A stretch of DNA of 42,381 nucleotides from a virus. The notes beneath the pieces are model-generated. The model did not search any database, had not been told where the DNA came from, and saw nothing but the letters and a program-made list of their open reading frames with translations. A program made the position numbers and the translations under genes. Positions 9,244 through 18,600 of the stretch are shown here, piece by piece (positions within the stretch are counted from its first letter, which is position 1; every line of letters starts with the position of its first letter). The stretch lies in the IMG/VR virus record IMGVR_UViG_3300031616_000002. The stretch is one strand, 5' to 3'.

Positions 9244-9746
9244 TGGCATGGTCCACTAGTAACATGTTCCAGGCGTGGGCGCTCAACCCCATGAATGGTG
9301 TGACCGGAGCGTCTGGAGCCGGTCTTCCCACCGGTTACGCTGGTCTGGTTGCCGATACCGTCAACTGTGCACTCTTCGGGACGCTGACGCCGGACCGTAC
9401 CGTTGCCGCCGCTTCTACCGGCTACAACACCGGTGTTTGGGTGACCGGTAGTGAGCTCACCGGTGGCACCGACTGGGTGGCCGGTGGTAGGGCCGTTCCG
9501 GCGACGAAGTCCTTCGCGGCATCCGCTGGTGTCGTCACTTTCGCTACGACCACGAACCTCACTAGCGCGGCGACGGCAACCATCACGGCCGCCTTCGGCG
9601 CACTAATCTACGACAACACCATCACGGCCGGTACCGTCGCCAAGCAGGGTGTCTGCTATCTCTACTTTGGCGGAAGTCAGACGGTGACGTCGGGGACCTT
9701 CTCGCTCAACTGGAATGCCTCTGGCATTTTCACCGTCACCGTGTAG
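9243..9746 (+). CDS. Hypothetical structural protein
   Basis: TAATG coupling, AGGAGG RBS; Gly/Thr/Ala-rich, ending GTFSLNWNASGIFTVTV. Confidence 0.75.
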   Translation: MAWSTSNMFQAWALNPMNGVTGASGAGLPTGYAGLVADTVNCALFGTLTPDRTVAAASTGYNTGVWVTGSELTGGTDWVAGGRAVPATKSFAASAGVVTFATTTNLTSAATATITAAFGALIYDNTITAGTVAKQGVCYLYFGGSQTVTSGTFSLNWNASGIFTVTV

Positions 9747-9751
9747 CCGCC

Positions 9752-10456
9752 GTGGCCATATCTGAGGACACCTCGAATCAGCCGGTTGCGGTGCATGTCA
9801 CCAGCGCCACTACCGGCACTACCGCCAGCTTCTCCCCCGGGGCGGCCACTCTGCAGCTGGCATTGGTGTCGGTCGACGGACCTAACAATGCTGCCACGAC
9901 TGTAGTCATGTCCTCTTCGGTGGCCGGAGCATGGACTCTGCTGAAGCGAGAGAATATCAATACCGGTGTCACGACCGGTGGATCTACCGAGGTCTGGTGC
10001 CGATACTTCGGCAGTGCACCCGGTGCGATGACGGTGACGGCCACATGGACTACCGGCGCCGTCGGCGGCAACCTGGTAGTGCGAAGCCTTCTGGGGGCAG
10101 CCCCCGTCCAACCGGGTGCCACTGGCGCCACGGGTGGCGATAACGTCGCCCCCACGGCGACGCTGACCCCCACGCAATTCGGGTCCTGGATCTATGGAGC
10201 ATCCCTGGCCTGGGTCAGCGCTATCACCTTTACGGCAAACGCCGCCAGTAGCGTGGTCGACCAGTTCGTGGACAGCACCAATGGCGGCACGTGGGCCACA
10301 TTCAAGGGTGCCACGGCGACTTCATCCCTCGCGTCCACGGCGTATGGCTTCAGCAACGGCTCTGCTAGTTACAATACCGCCGCAGCCGAGATCCTCCCAG
10401 CAGTTGTGCAACCGACCATCATTGGTCAATCAATTTCGCGAGCGACAATATGGTGA
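9752..10456 (+). CDS. Hypothetical structural or minor tail protein
   Basis: Ser/Thr/Gly/Trp beta-rich ORF in operon. Confidence 0.7.
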   Translation: MAISEDTSNQPVAVHVTSATTGTTASFSPGAATLQLALVSVDGPNNAATTVVMSSSVAGAWTLLKRENINTGVTTGGSTEVWCRYFGSAPGAMTVTATWTTGAVGGNLVVRSLLGAAPVQPGATGATGGDNVAPTATLTPTQFGSWIYGASLAWVSAITFTANAASSVVDQFVDSTNGGTWATFKGATATSSLASTAYGFSNGSASYNTAAAEILPAVVQPTIIGQSISRATIW

Positions 10457-10463
10457 GGTGATC

Positions 10464-10727
10464 ATGGCAGCTCTTCCTCCGCTCCAGTATCCGATGCGCT
10501 ACATGAGCGGCGACAGCGATCGCTGGGCGGTATTCACGGTACTCAACTGCAATGCTACGGACACTATTGATCTGGGCCAGTTCTTCACCGTCCTCAAGCG
10601 GGCCACGCTCCTAGGCGTCACGGTATCTGCAGCTGTTTCCGCGAGCGTCTCTGGCACGGTGGTGACTATCCCTGCGGGCGCCTCCGCAGACGCTGTCATT
10701 CTTACCGCATATGGGTGTGCTATCTGA
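10464..10727 (+). CDS. Hypothetical protein
   Basis: GAGGTG RBS then ATG 10464 (MAALPPLQYP...); stop overlaps the next start. Confidence 0.7.
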   Translation: MAALPPLQYPMRYMSGDSDRWAVFTVLNCNATDTIDLGQFFTVLKRATLLGVTVSAAVSASVSGTVVTIPAGASADAVILTAYGCAI

Positions 10728-11233
10728 TGAGTGCTCAGTACACAGCATTTAATGGCTTGGTAGATGCCACCACCGCAATGATGGCTGCCGGTACGTCCTA
10801 TACCACCGGCGCCAAAGTGGCGATTCAGATAGCCACCCTCTCGACGGGACGCGTCAGGATCATCGAGTGGGGCGCCATTGGATTCGGTACCGCCGGTGGG
10901 TCCAAGACTCTGATGACCCTGGCGCAGGCATCCGCCGCATCCACCTGTACCAGCGCCCATAGCACGGCGACCATCACTCCAACGGGTGATGACACCACGG
11001 CGTGTCCGCTGACGATGAGTACGACCACATGCGGATATGGCACCGGGGCTATTACCACCAATACCACCGATCGGCAGTTTGCCGCCGTCGGCCTGGATCC
11101 AGCCGAGCACTATGAGAAGCAGTTTCCCTTGGGCCGTGACTACATCGTCGCCCCGTCCAAGTTCCTTCAGCTGAGGATTAATACGGCGGCCACGAACACC
11201 CTCCTATGCTACGTCGTGTTTGAGCTGTGCTAA
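10727..11233 (+). CDS. Hypothetical structural protein
   Basis: TGATG coupling; MSAQYTAFNG...; in operon. Confidence 0.7.
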   Translation: MSAQYTAFNGLVDATTAMMAAGTSYTTGAKVAIQIATLSTGRVRIIEWGAIGFGTAGGSKTLMTLAQASAASTCTSAHSTATITPTGDDTTACPLTMSTTTCGYGTGAITTNTTDRQFAAVGLDPAEHYEKQFPLGRDYIVAPSKFLQLRINTAATNTLLCYVVFELC

Positions 11234-11259
11234 TGAGCTGACCACGAGGGGAGGTCGTA

Positions 11260-13044
11260 GTGGCACGCACCGGCAGGTCATTCCCCTCAGATATCATTCT
11301 CTTCACACCCACTAGCAGCTCCACGAGTACGACCGCCACTGCCGGTATTGCTACCGTCACCGTTGCAGCTCTGCAGCCGATCGTCGCTCTCGTCGTTACT
11401 GCCGGTGTCGCGAATGCGACGGTCGCTGCTCTCGGGCCGACGGTTGCGGCAACGACACTTCCTGGCACCGCCGCAGCGACGGTGGCAGCTCTCGCGCCGA
11501 CGGTTGCGGCGACCACGCTCCCCGGTACCGCCGCACCGACGGTCACGGCCCTCGCGCCGATCGCGGCGCCAGCGGCACTTCCGGGTGTTGCCGCTGCCAC
11601 GATCACCGCTCTCGCGCCGGTACCGGCACCGACGGCGCTGCCCGGTACGGCGGCATCGACGGTTACCGCGCTTCAGCCGATTCCGGGCCCCAACGTTGGT
11701 GTGGCTGCGGCGACGGTCACGGCTCAGCAGCCGACGGCAGCGGTCACTGTTACGGCCGGTATCGCCAATGCGACGGTCGCGGCTCTCGCGCCGACGGCGG
11801 CACCGGCGGCATTGCCGGGTGTGGCTGCCGCTGCTGTCGCGGCTCTCGCCCCGAAGGTAGCGACGGTGGTGCTGCCCGGTACGGCCGCACCGACCGTCAC
11901 GGCCCTTGCGCCGACGGCGGCACCGACGGCACTTCCGGGCGTTGCGACCGCCACGGCGACCGCCCTCGCGCCGACACCATCGCCGACGGTACTGCCCGGT
12001 ACGGCCGCACCGACGGTTGCGGCCCTCGCGCCGATCGCGGCGCCAACCGTACTTCCCGGCGTGGCACCGGTCACGATCGCGGCCCTGCAGCCGACCGTCC
12101 AAATCTCGGGCAGCACGGTTGTCACCGCCGGAGTCGCCACTGTTACCGTCACGGCCCTCGCGCCGACACCGGCACCGACGGTACTGCCTGGTGCTGCACC
12201 GGTCGCTGTTGCGGCACTGCAGGCCGCTTCGGCGGCAACCGCACTTCCCGGCACGGCAGCCGCCACGGCATCGGCTCTCGCGCCGACACCGGCACCGACG
12301 GTACTGCCCGGCACGGCCGCCACGGCCGCCACGGCCCTCGCGCCGACGGCGGCACCGACGGTACTGCCCGCTGCTGCAGCCGCCACGGTCGCGGCCCTCG
12401 CGCCGACGGCAGCGGCAACCGTACTTCCTAGCACGGCTGCCGCCACCGCCACGGCCTATCAGGCGACGGCGGTGCTCGGCGGCAACACGGTCGCCACCGC
12501 CGGGGTTGCTGCCGTCACCGTCACGGCCCTTGCGCCGACGGCGGCACCGACGGCACTTCCGGGCGTTGCGACCGCCACGGCGACCGCCCTCGCGCCGCTA
12601 TCGGCGCCGACGGCACTCCCGGGTACGGCGTCAGTTGCTGCGACGGCTCTTGCTGCGTCGACAGCGCTTGTCGTCCGCACGGGCACCGCCGCCACCACCG
12701 TCACGGCCCTCGCGCCGATACCGGCACCGGCAGCACTGCCGGGCACGGCGGCCGTCACCATTGCGGCCTTCACCTCGATGACGGCCATCGCCGTTATCCC
12801 CGCCACCGCAGCCGCCACCGTCACGGCCTACCAGATCAGCACGGGCGGCCACGAAGTCGATGTTGTTCTCTCCGACTCCACCGGCAGCACCGACTTCCTG
12901 GCGTCGCACGAAACGACGTATCGCCCCGACGGAGGCAACACATCCCGCTCCACGGGCACAACCGTGCGTCCCGACGGCGGCAATACCGCTCGCATCACCG
13001 GGATGACACCACGGCCCTTCTCGGGCAATACGGCTAGGCCCTAA
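11260..13044 (+). CDS. Ala/Thr/Pro-rich repeat protein (fibre-like)
   Basis: GGGGAGG RBS; about 20 tandem ~22-aa repeats (LPG.AA.TV.ALAPT.APT.); C-terminal TxRPDGGNTxR repeats. Confidence 0.8.
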   Translation: MARTGRSFPSDIILFTPTSSSTSTTATAGIATVTVAALQPIVALVVTAGVANATVAALGPTVAATTLPGTAAATVAALAPTVAATTLPGTAAPTVTALAPIAAPAALPGVAAATITALAPVPAPTALPGTAASTVTALQPIPGPNVGVAAATVTAQQPTAAVTVTAGIANATVAALAPTAAPAALPGVAAAAVAALAPKVATVVLPGTAAPTVTALAPTAAPTALPGVATATATALAPTPSPTVLPGTAAPTVAALAPIAAPTVLPGVAPVTIAALQPTVQISGSTVVTAGVATVTVTALAPTPAPTVLPGAAPVAVAALQAASAATALPGTAAATASALAPTPAPTVLPGTAATAATALAPTAAPTVLPAAAAATVAALAPTAAATVLPSTAAATATAYQATAVLGGNTVATAGVAAVTVTALAPTAAPTALPGVATATATALAPLSAPTALPGTASVAATALAASTALVVRTGTAATTVTALAPIPAPAALPGTAAVTIAAFTSMTAIAVIPATAAATVTAYQISTGGHEVDVVLSDSTGSTDFLASHETTYRPDGGNTSRSTGTTVRPDGGNTARITGMTPRPFSGNTARP

Positions 13045-13055
13045 AGGAGGAAGCA

Positions 13056-13433
13056 ATGCCAGCACTCCCGCTCCTCCCGAACTATATCTTCACCACCCCG
13101 GCCTCCGTGATCCGTGCAGTACTCATTCCCAGCGCCTATGGCCAGGAGTACGACTGGGCGCATGCCACCGTCACGGACATCACCGGAAGCGCGGTCATCT
13201 CGCCACTCAGCGCCACCGAGACCGGCAGTGAAGCGGACTCCACCTACACCCAGACCCACTTCGTGTTCCTGGCGCTTCCGACCGTGGATATCGTCGCCAC
13301 GGACCGGGTGTCCTTCAATCCCGGCAACGGTCTCATCACCACCTTCGTGGACGGCGATCCGTTTGTCTGGAGCGATCAGATAGGCAGGCCGCATCACATC
13401 GAAGCAAGACTCAAGATCCTGATTGGGGTGTAG
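13056..13433 (+). CDS. Head-to-tail stopper (head closure)
   Basis: AAGGAGG RBS; YGQEYDW, DIVATDRV, VDGDP..W, HHIEARLK motifs of actinophage stoppers. Confidence 0.8.
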   Translation: MPALPLLPNYIFTTPASVIRAVLIPSAYGQEYDWAHATVTDITGSAVISPLSATETGSEADSTYTQTHFVFLALPTVDIVATDRVSFNPGNGLITTFVDGDPFVWSDQIGRPHHIEARLKILIGV

Positions 13434-13435
13434 TA

Positions 13436-13801
13436 ATGGCTAAGGTCTATGGCATTCAGTTCAGTAGCGACGAGTCCGGCATCGCCCAGATCGTCCTCAC
13501 TGACGACTGGCGCCGCTTCTGCGCCAGGGTTGCCGATGACATGAAGTTCTTCGCGGAGAACGATCAGTATCCCGAGGGCAGTGCGACGGCGGCACGCGGC
13601 ATCCAGCCGCCCGGCCTGTATCGCGAGAACTATGTCGCCTCGGCCGAGCTGTATCGCGATCACTACCATGCCGTCCTCGCCAATACCGAGCGCGAGGCGA
13701 TCTGGATCGAGACCGGTACGCACCCCGGCGGTGGATCTACCTGGATCCCGGGCCATCACGTCATGGAGAGGGCCATGGTGTCGGCTGGGGCGCTGATCTG
13801 A
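13436..13801 (+). CDS. Neck protein, HK97 gp10-like
   Basis: Synteny; GLYRE, AIWIETGT, PGHHVMERA motifs. Confidence 0.7.
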   Translation: MAKVYGIQFSSDESGIAQIVLTDDWRRFCARVADDMKFFAENDQYPEGSATAARGIQPPGLYRENYVASAELYRDHYHAVLANTEREAIWIETGTHPGGGSTWIPGHHVMERAMVSAGALI

Positions 13802-13802
13802 G

Positions 13803-14222
13803 ATGGCAGCTGAGCTGATCATCGAGCCTGATGTTGAGGGTGGAATCATAACGATTCTGACTAATGACCCAAATATTCAGGCATTCGCTCCCGTGACGGT
13901 ATCTGGGTCATATCAGGGCTACGTCAACTCTATGACCTGGATTCACGTCTATCGAGGACCGGGCGGTTCCACATCATGGCCGATGCCAGTCAATGCCATC
14001 ATTCATTTCGATGTCATTGCCGCGACCAGGGAGATCTGCAATCCTCTCGCCAGAACAGTTCGCGGAGTTGTGCATGCTCATCGCGGTGACGTCACCGGTT
14101 CTCCCGGCAACGGGATGCGCATCACTGACCTCGCGGATGTCGCTGGCATTCAGTGGCTTCCAGACCTCGCCGGAATGCCACGCTACATATTTTCCGTGCA
14201 GGTTTCGGCGCGCCCGATCTAA
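13803..14222 (+). CDS. Tail terminator
   Basis: PDVE, IHVYRGPGG, FDVIA, WLPD...PRY; immediately before the tail tube gene. Confidence 0.78.
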   Translation: MAAELIIEPDVEGGIITILTNDPNIQAFAPVTVSGSYQGYVNSMTWIHVYRGPGGSTSWPMPVNAIIHFDVIAATREICNPLARTVRGVVHAHRGDVTGSPGNGMRITDLADVAGIQWLPDLAGMPRYIFSVQVSARPI

Positions 14223-14304
14223 TACCACCAAGCTTGATCCGTTGGGTCATGCTGTCATTCTACCGCATGAGCCCCACGGGGCAGAGATAAGGATGTGAAG
14301 CACC

Positions 14305-14856
14305 ATGGCACTTGACTCGACTCAGCTTGTCATTGCTCCGTTCGGTCATGTTTACACGGCTCCGTCGGCTACAACTCAGCCGACCGACGTTGTGGCAGCG
14401 TGGCCCGCCGGTTGGGTTGAGCTGGGATATACCACGGACACCGGCGTTGCTATCACGCCCGGCATGACCGTGGTGAACCTGCTGGCCTGGCAGGCGTCCG
14501 CCCCCGTGAAGACCATGATCACCGGTTCTTCCCTCGACCTGGCATTCGCTCTGCGCCAGTTCAACGGCAGCACCAGTGGCCTGTACTTCTTCGGTGGCGC
14601 GTGGACGCTCTCCAGCGGCTCCACCTACAAGATGTCCATCGTTTCCTCGCCGCCGGTCAACGAGCGCATGCTCGGAATCGAGTGGAGTGACGGTACGACT
14701 ACCAACCGTCTCATCATTCCTCGCGGCATGGTTTCCAAGCACGACAACATCGTTCTCGACCGCAAGGAAGCTACTATCTTCGGCGTTACCTTCAGTGCAC
14801 TGGACAGCGCCGGTGTTCTTGGTACGATTCTCTCCAACAGCGCTAACCTCCCGTAA
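14305..14856 (+). CDS. Major tail (tube) protein
   Basis: GHVYTAP, WVELGYTTDTGV, AWQ, RLIIPRG, FGVTFSAL motifs. Confidence 0.9.
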   Translation: MALDSTQLVIAPFGHVYTAPSATTQPTDVVAAWPAGWVELGYTTDTGVAITPGMTVVNLLAWQASAPVKTMITGSSLDLAFALRQFNGSTSGLYFFGGAWTLSSGSTYKMSIVSSPPVNERMLGIEWSDGTTTNRLIIPRGMVSKHDNIVLDRKEATIFGVTFSALDSAGVLGTILSNSANLP

Positions 14857-14897
14857 GGCAGGTTGGTGGCGCAGAATCGTAGCGTTAGGAATTTCCG

Positions 14898-15248
14898 ATG
14901 GCGGTACCGCAGAAGCCCCTTCCCCCGGCCCGCTCCACTGATGCTGTTGAAAGGCAGCGGGCCGAGGCGAAGGCCTCCATTTCCATCACCAAGGAGCCCA
15001 ATCCCGCGCCCGACGCGGGGGAGGAGCGGTCCTTCAAGTACGACGACGAAGAGTACATGATCCCCCCTGTCGGGGACTGGCCCATCGATGTTCTGGAATC
15101 AATTCAGGACGACAAGATGATTCCCGCCGTCCGTGCTCTCCTCGGTCCGGTCCAGTGGGGCATCTTCAAGAAGAAGCCGCGTACCAATAGGGACTTCTAT
15201 GACTTGACGGCCGAGCTGTTCAAGGAGGATGGGGGCCGGGGGGAATAA
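14898..15248 (+). CDS. Tail assembly chaperone G
   Basis: Between tail tube and tape measure; VRALLGPVQW; ends in slippery G GGG GAA. Confidence 0.85.
   Translation: MAVPQKPLPPARSTDAVERQRAEAKASISITKEPNPAPDAGEERSFKYDDEEYMIPPVGDWPIDVLESIQDDKMIPAVRALLGPVQWGIFKKKPRTNRDFYDLTAELFKEDGGRGE
15239..15245 (+). other. Programmed -1 frameshift site GGGGGAA
   Basis: The -1 frame reads GIITVWRLLRDHTEAVEADFAHYY... and is continuous with ORF 15353..15682. Confidence 0.88.
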
Positions 15249-15682
15249 TAACCGTCTGGCGGCTTCTGCGTGATCATACGGAAGCCGTCGAGGCGGACTT
15301 CGCGCATTACTACAACCCTTCGGATGACATTCGGGGCATCTGGACGGGTGCCTTGAGTTTTCGACGTGCCTATGCGTTGTTGATCAAGCTGCCGGTCGAG
15401 TCGTCGCTGCGGCGCGAACTCGTCGGTCCTGTGGGGCAATGGACGCAGTCGGAACACATGCTCGCTTCCGTCGTGGACTCGTTGCGTATCCAGAACTGGA
15501 TGTATGGAGCTATGCATCGGGCCGAGAATACGCCGATGCCGCCGCGACCGAAGCCGTTGGTGCGTCCCGGCGATCCCACCCCCGAAGAGCAGGCACAGCA
15601 AGAGGCCGACAAGCCGAAGTTCGGTACCGCCGCAGAGCAGGCACAGGCGCTCTCGAAGATGTTGACAGGGCTGAATGCATAG
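15242..15682 (+). CDS. Tail assembly chaperone T segment (GT fusion via -1 frameshift)
   Basis: EADF..YY, LLIKLPVES, W...EHMLASVVD.L...NW and PKPLVRPG motifs of actinophage GT proteins. Confidence 0.85.
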   Translation, partial: GIITVWRLLRDHTEAVEADFAHYYNPSDDIRGIWTGALSFRRAYALLIKLPVESSLRRELVGPVGQWTQSEHMLASVVDSLRIQNWMYGAMHRAENTPMPPRPKPLVRPGDPTPEEQAQQEADKPKFGTAAEQAQALSKMLTGLNA

Positions 15683-15691
15683 GAGGGTGGC

Positions 15692-18600
15692 ATGGCAGAA
15701 GGCGTCAATGTCGGTAGTGCCCATGTCACTGTCGCCCCTGACACATCGGGCTTCAGTCGCGAACTCGATGTCAAGCTGGAGCAGATCAAGGCTGGCCTGA
15801 GTGTCGAGGTCACGCCGGAGATGAAGGCTTTCGCTCAGACCCTTCGGGCGAAGCTGGATGCCGTTCGCGAGAGTATCGCCATCAAGGCGGAACTCGACGA
15901 GAACAATATCCGGTTGAAGATGCGCTCCCTGGCTGCTGCTGCGGGCCAGGATGTCAAGTTCAAAGTGACCGTTGAGGAGTCCACGGCTCGCGCTGCTGAA
16001 CTTCGTGTACGATCCATGCTTGACCAGGCCTACAAGGACAACGAGAACTACAACAATCGCGTCACCCGCGCTGCCGAACAGGCGGGTCGCGACGAGATCG
16101 CCGCGCGCAATACTGTCGTGGGCACGCGTCGCATGCTCAATGATGCCTACAACGAGCACCGGCTCTTCAACGAGAGGGTTGTCGCCGATTCCCGGCGTGC
16201 CGGTTTCGATGCGGGGCGTAGCTTCTTCGACAACTTCAGGGCTAACGTCAACGGAAACCAGGGCGGCAATCTGGCGTCACTCTTCTCCGGGGCGCTTCCC
16301 GGCGGCCGGAGGGCCGTCGACCCGACCTTCCTCGGTGCGGTCGGCGCCGCCGGTGGTACTCCGCTGGTGGCTGGAGCGCTCTTTCCCTTCGTGGGTGCGC
16401 TGACGGCCGCGACTCCGGCGCTCCTTGGTCTCGCGGCGGCGGCGCCAGCGCTCTCCAGCGCTTTCAGCGGCATCACGACTGCCGCTTCCGCGATGACGAA
16501 GCAGCAGGACATCTTCAATCAGGCGGCGGACCTTTCGCGTATCGCTTTCGGTACGCAGACGACGGCCGCCCAGCAGCTCCAGGCGCAGTTGACGAAGACG
16601 ACCGGTTCGCAGACCTCGGTGGCGAACTCGACCCTGGCGCACCAGAGCGCCCTGAATAGCCTTAGTGCCGCCGAGGCTCGTCTGGCGCAGGTTCAGGCGT
16701 CGGGGGGTCCGACCTCGACGCAGCTCGCGTCGGCGCAGACCTCGGTGGCGAATGCGCAGGATCGTGTCGCTGCGACGGTCAATCGCGTGACGGCCGCGCA
16801 GGACCGTTTGACTGCGGTGGAGGCGCGCGCTCATCCGACAGCGTCGGCTCTCGCGTCGGCCCAGGCCTCTCTGGCGAATGCACAGCTGGCGCACCAGAGT
16901 GCGGTGAATAGCCTGACTCTGGCGCAGGAGCGTTTGACGGCGGTTCAGGCGAAGGGTGGTCCGACATCGGCTGCGCTCGCGTCGGCTCAGGCGGCTGTGG
17001 CGAATGCGCAGAATCGTGTGCAGGCAACCGCGAATAGCGCCTCTGCCGCGCAGGCGAAGCTGGGTACGACCGGCCTGCAGTTGAATACTGCACAGCAGGA
17101 CATTATCAATTCGCTGAGTGTGCAGGACACCAGTTGGGCGACGCTGACGGAGGCGCAGCGTGTCGCCGCTATTCAGCTGCGTGAAAACAACAGTGCTTAT
17201 AAGGATCTGAGCCAGAGCCAGAAGACTGCCCTGAATGCGCTGCTGGCTGAGAAGGCGGCGTGGGATGCGTTGTCTCCGTCGCAGCAGCAGGCGTTGGCTG
17301 GGTATCAGAACCTGACCAAGGCCTATAATGCTTTGAAGGACGGGACGACGCCCGGCGCTTTGATGGCGATTGCGTCGGCGGAGCGTGCGGCGACTGCCGC
17401 GCTGGAGCCGTTGGTTCCGCTCGCCAATGCAGCAACGGGCGCAGTGACGCAGCTCTTCGATATTGTGGCAAACAATTTCGGCGGCGGTTTCTACAAGCAG
17501 TTCATCGCCGACATGACGGGTGCTGCGCCGGGGGCCATTCTTGGCTTCGGCAAGGCTTTGGGTGGTCTTGCGGGTGGCTTTGGCGGCCTTCTCGATACGC
17601 TCATCAAGTCCGGTGTCGGGGACCAGTTCCTCAAGTTCCTCGATGGGATGACATCGAACTTCGCTAATTGGTCGACCAGCGATGCGGGTCGTGCCAGTGT
17701 GATGAAGTTCGTGGCGACGATCGAGCGGGACTGGCCGACGGTTGTCAATACCATCAAGGACTTCGGCAGGGTCATCAGCGACCTGTGGCGCGCCTTCGCG
17801 GCCGACCCGGTGGTCTTCCAGGCCGTTGAGCTGCTTCTTCGCTTCATTTCCTGGGCCGGTGGCACGCCGATCGGGCAGGCCATCATCCAGTTGGCCGCTT
17901 TCGGTGTCGTTCTGGAGCGTGTCGCTGCGGCGCTGCGTATCACCGCTGTGGCGCAGGCGCTGCTGACGGCCGCGAATATCAATGTCTTCGGGTTCGGTGC
18001 GACGGTGGCGGCACCGTCGGCGGCATCGACGGCCGCCCGCGCGGCTGCCTTCTATACGATCCCGGCGGCGGTCACGGCCGCCGAGGCAACCGTGGTGGCC
18101 GAGGCGACGAGCATGGCCACTTCGACGACGGTTGCGGCTACTGAGGCGGCCAATATCCCGCTCGGGACCGCGCGCCTCGCCGCGTGGGTGGACGAGGCCG
18201 CGATCCCGGCGGCGACGATTCCCACGGTGGTGCGCCAGATGGCCGCCGAGGCGGCTCTGGCGGCCGGTGAGACCGCAAGTATGCAGACCTTCATTGCGGA
18301 GGCTGCGGCAACGGCAGGGCTGATTCCTGCTGACGTGGCATCGATCGCGGCCTTCATTTCCGAGGCGTCGGGTGAAGCTGCGGCGATCCCGGCCGCGACC
18401 GCGACTCTTGCCGCGTGGGTGGAAGAAGCGGCGGCCGAAGGTGCGGCAATCCCGACGGCAACGGCTGCCCTCGTGGGGTCGATCGAGGCTGCGGGCCTCG
18501 AAGCGCGTGTCGTTGCGGGCGCCGGTAGCGTCGCCGCCGTCGGTGGTGCCGTTGCGGGCGCCGGTGGCGCCGCTGCAGCTGGCGGGGGCGCCGTGGCGGG

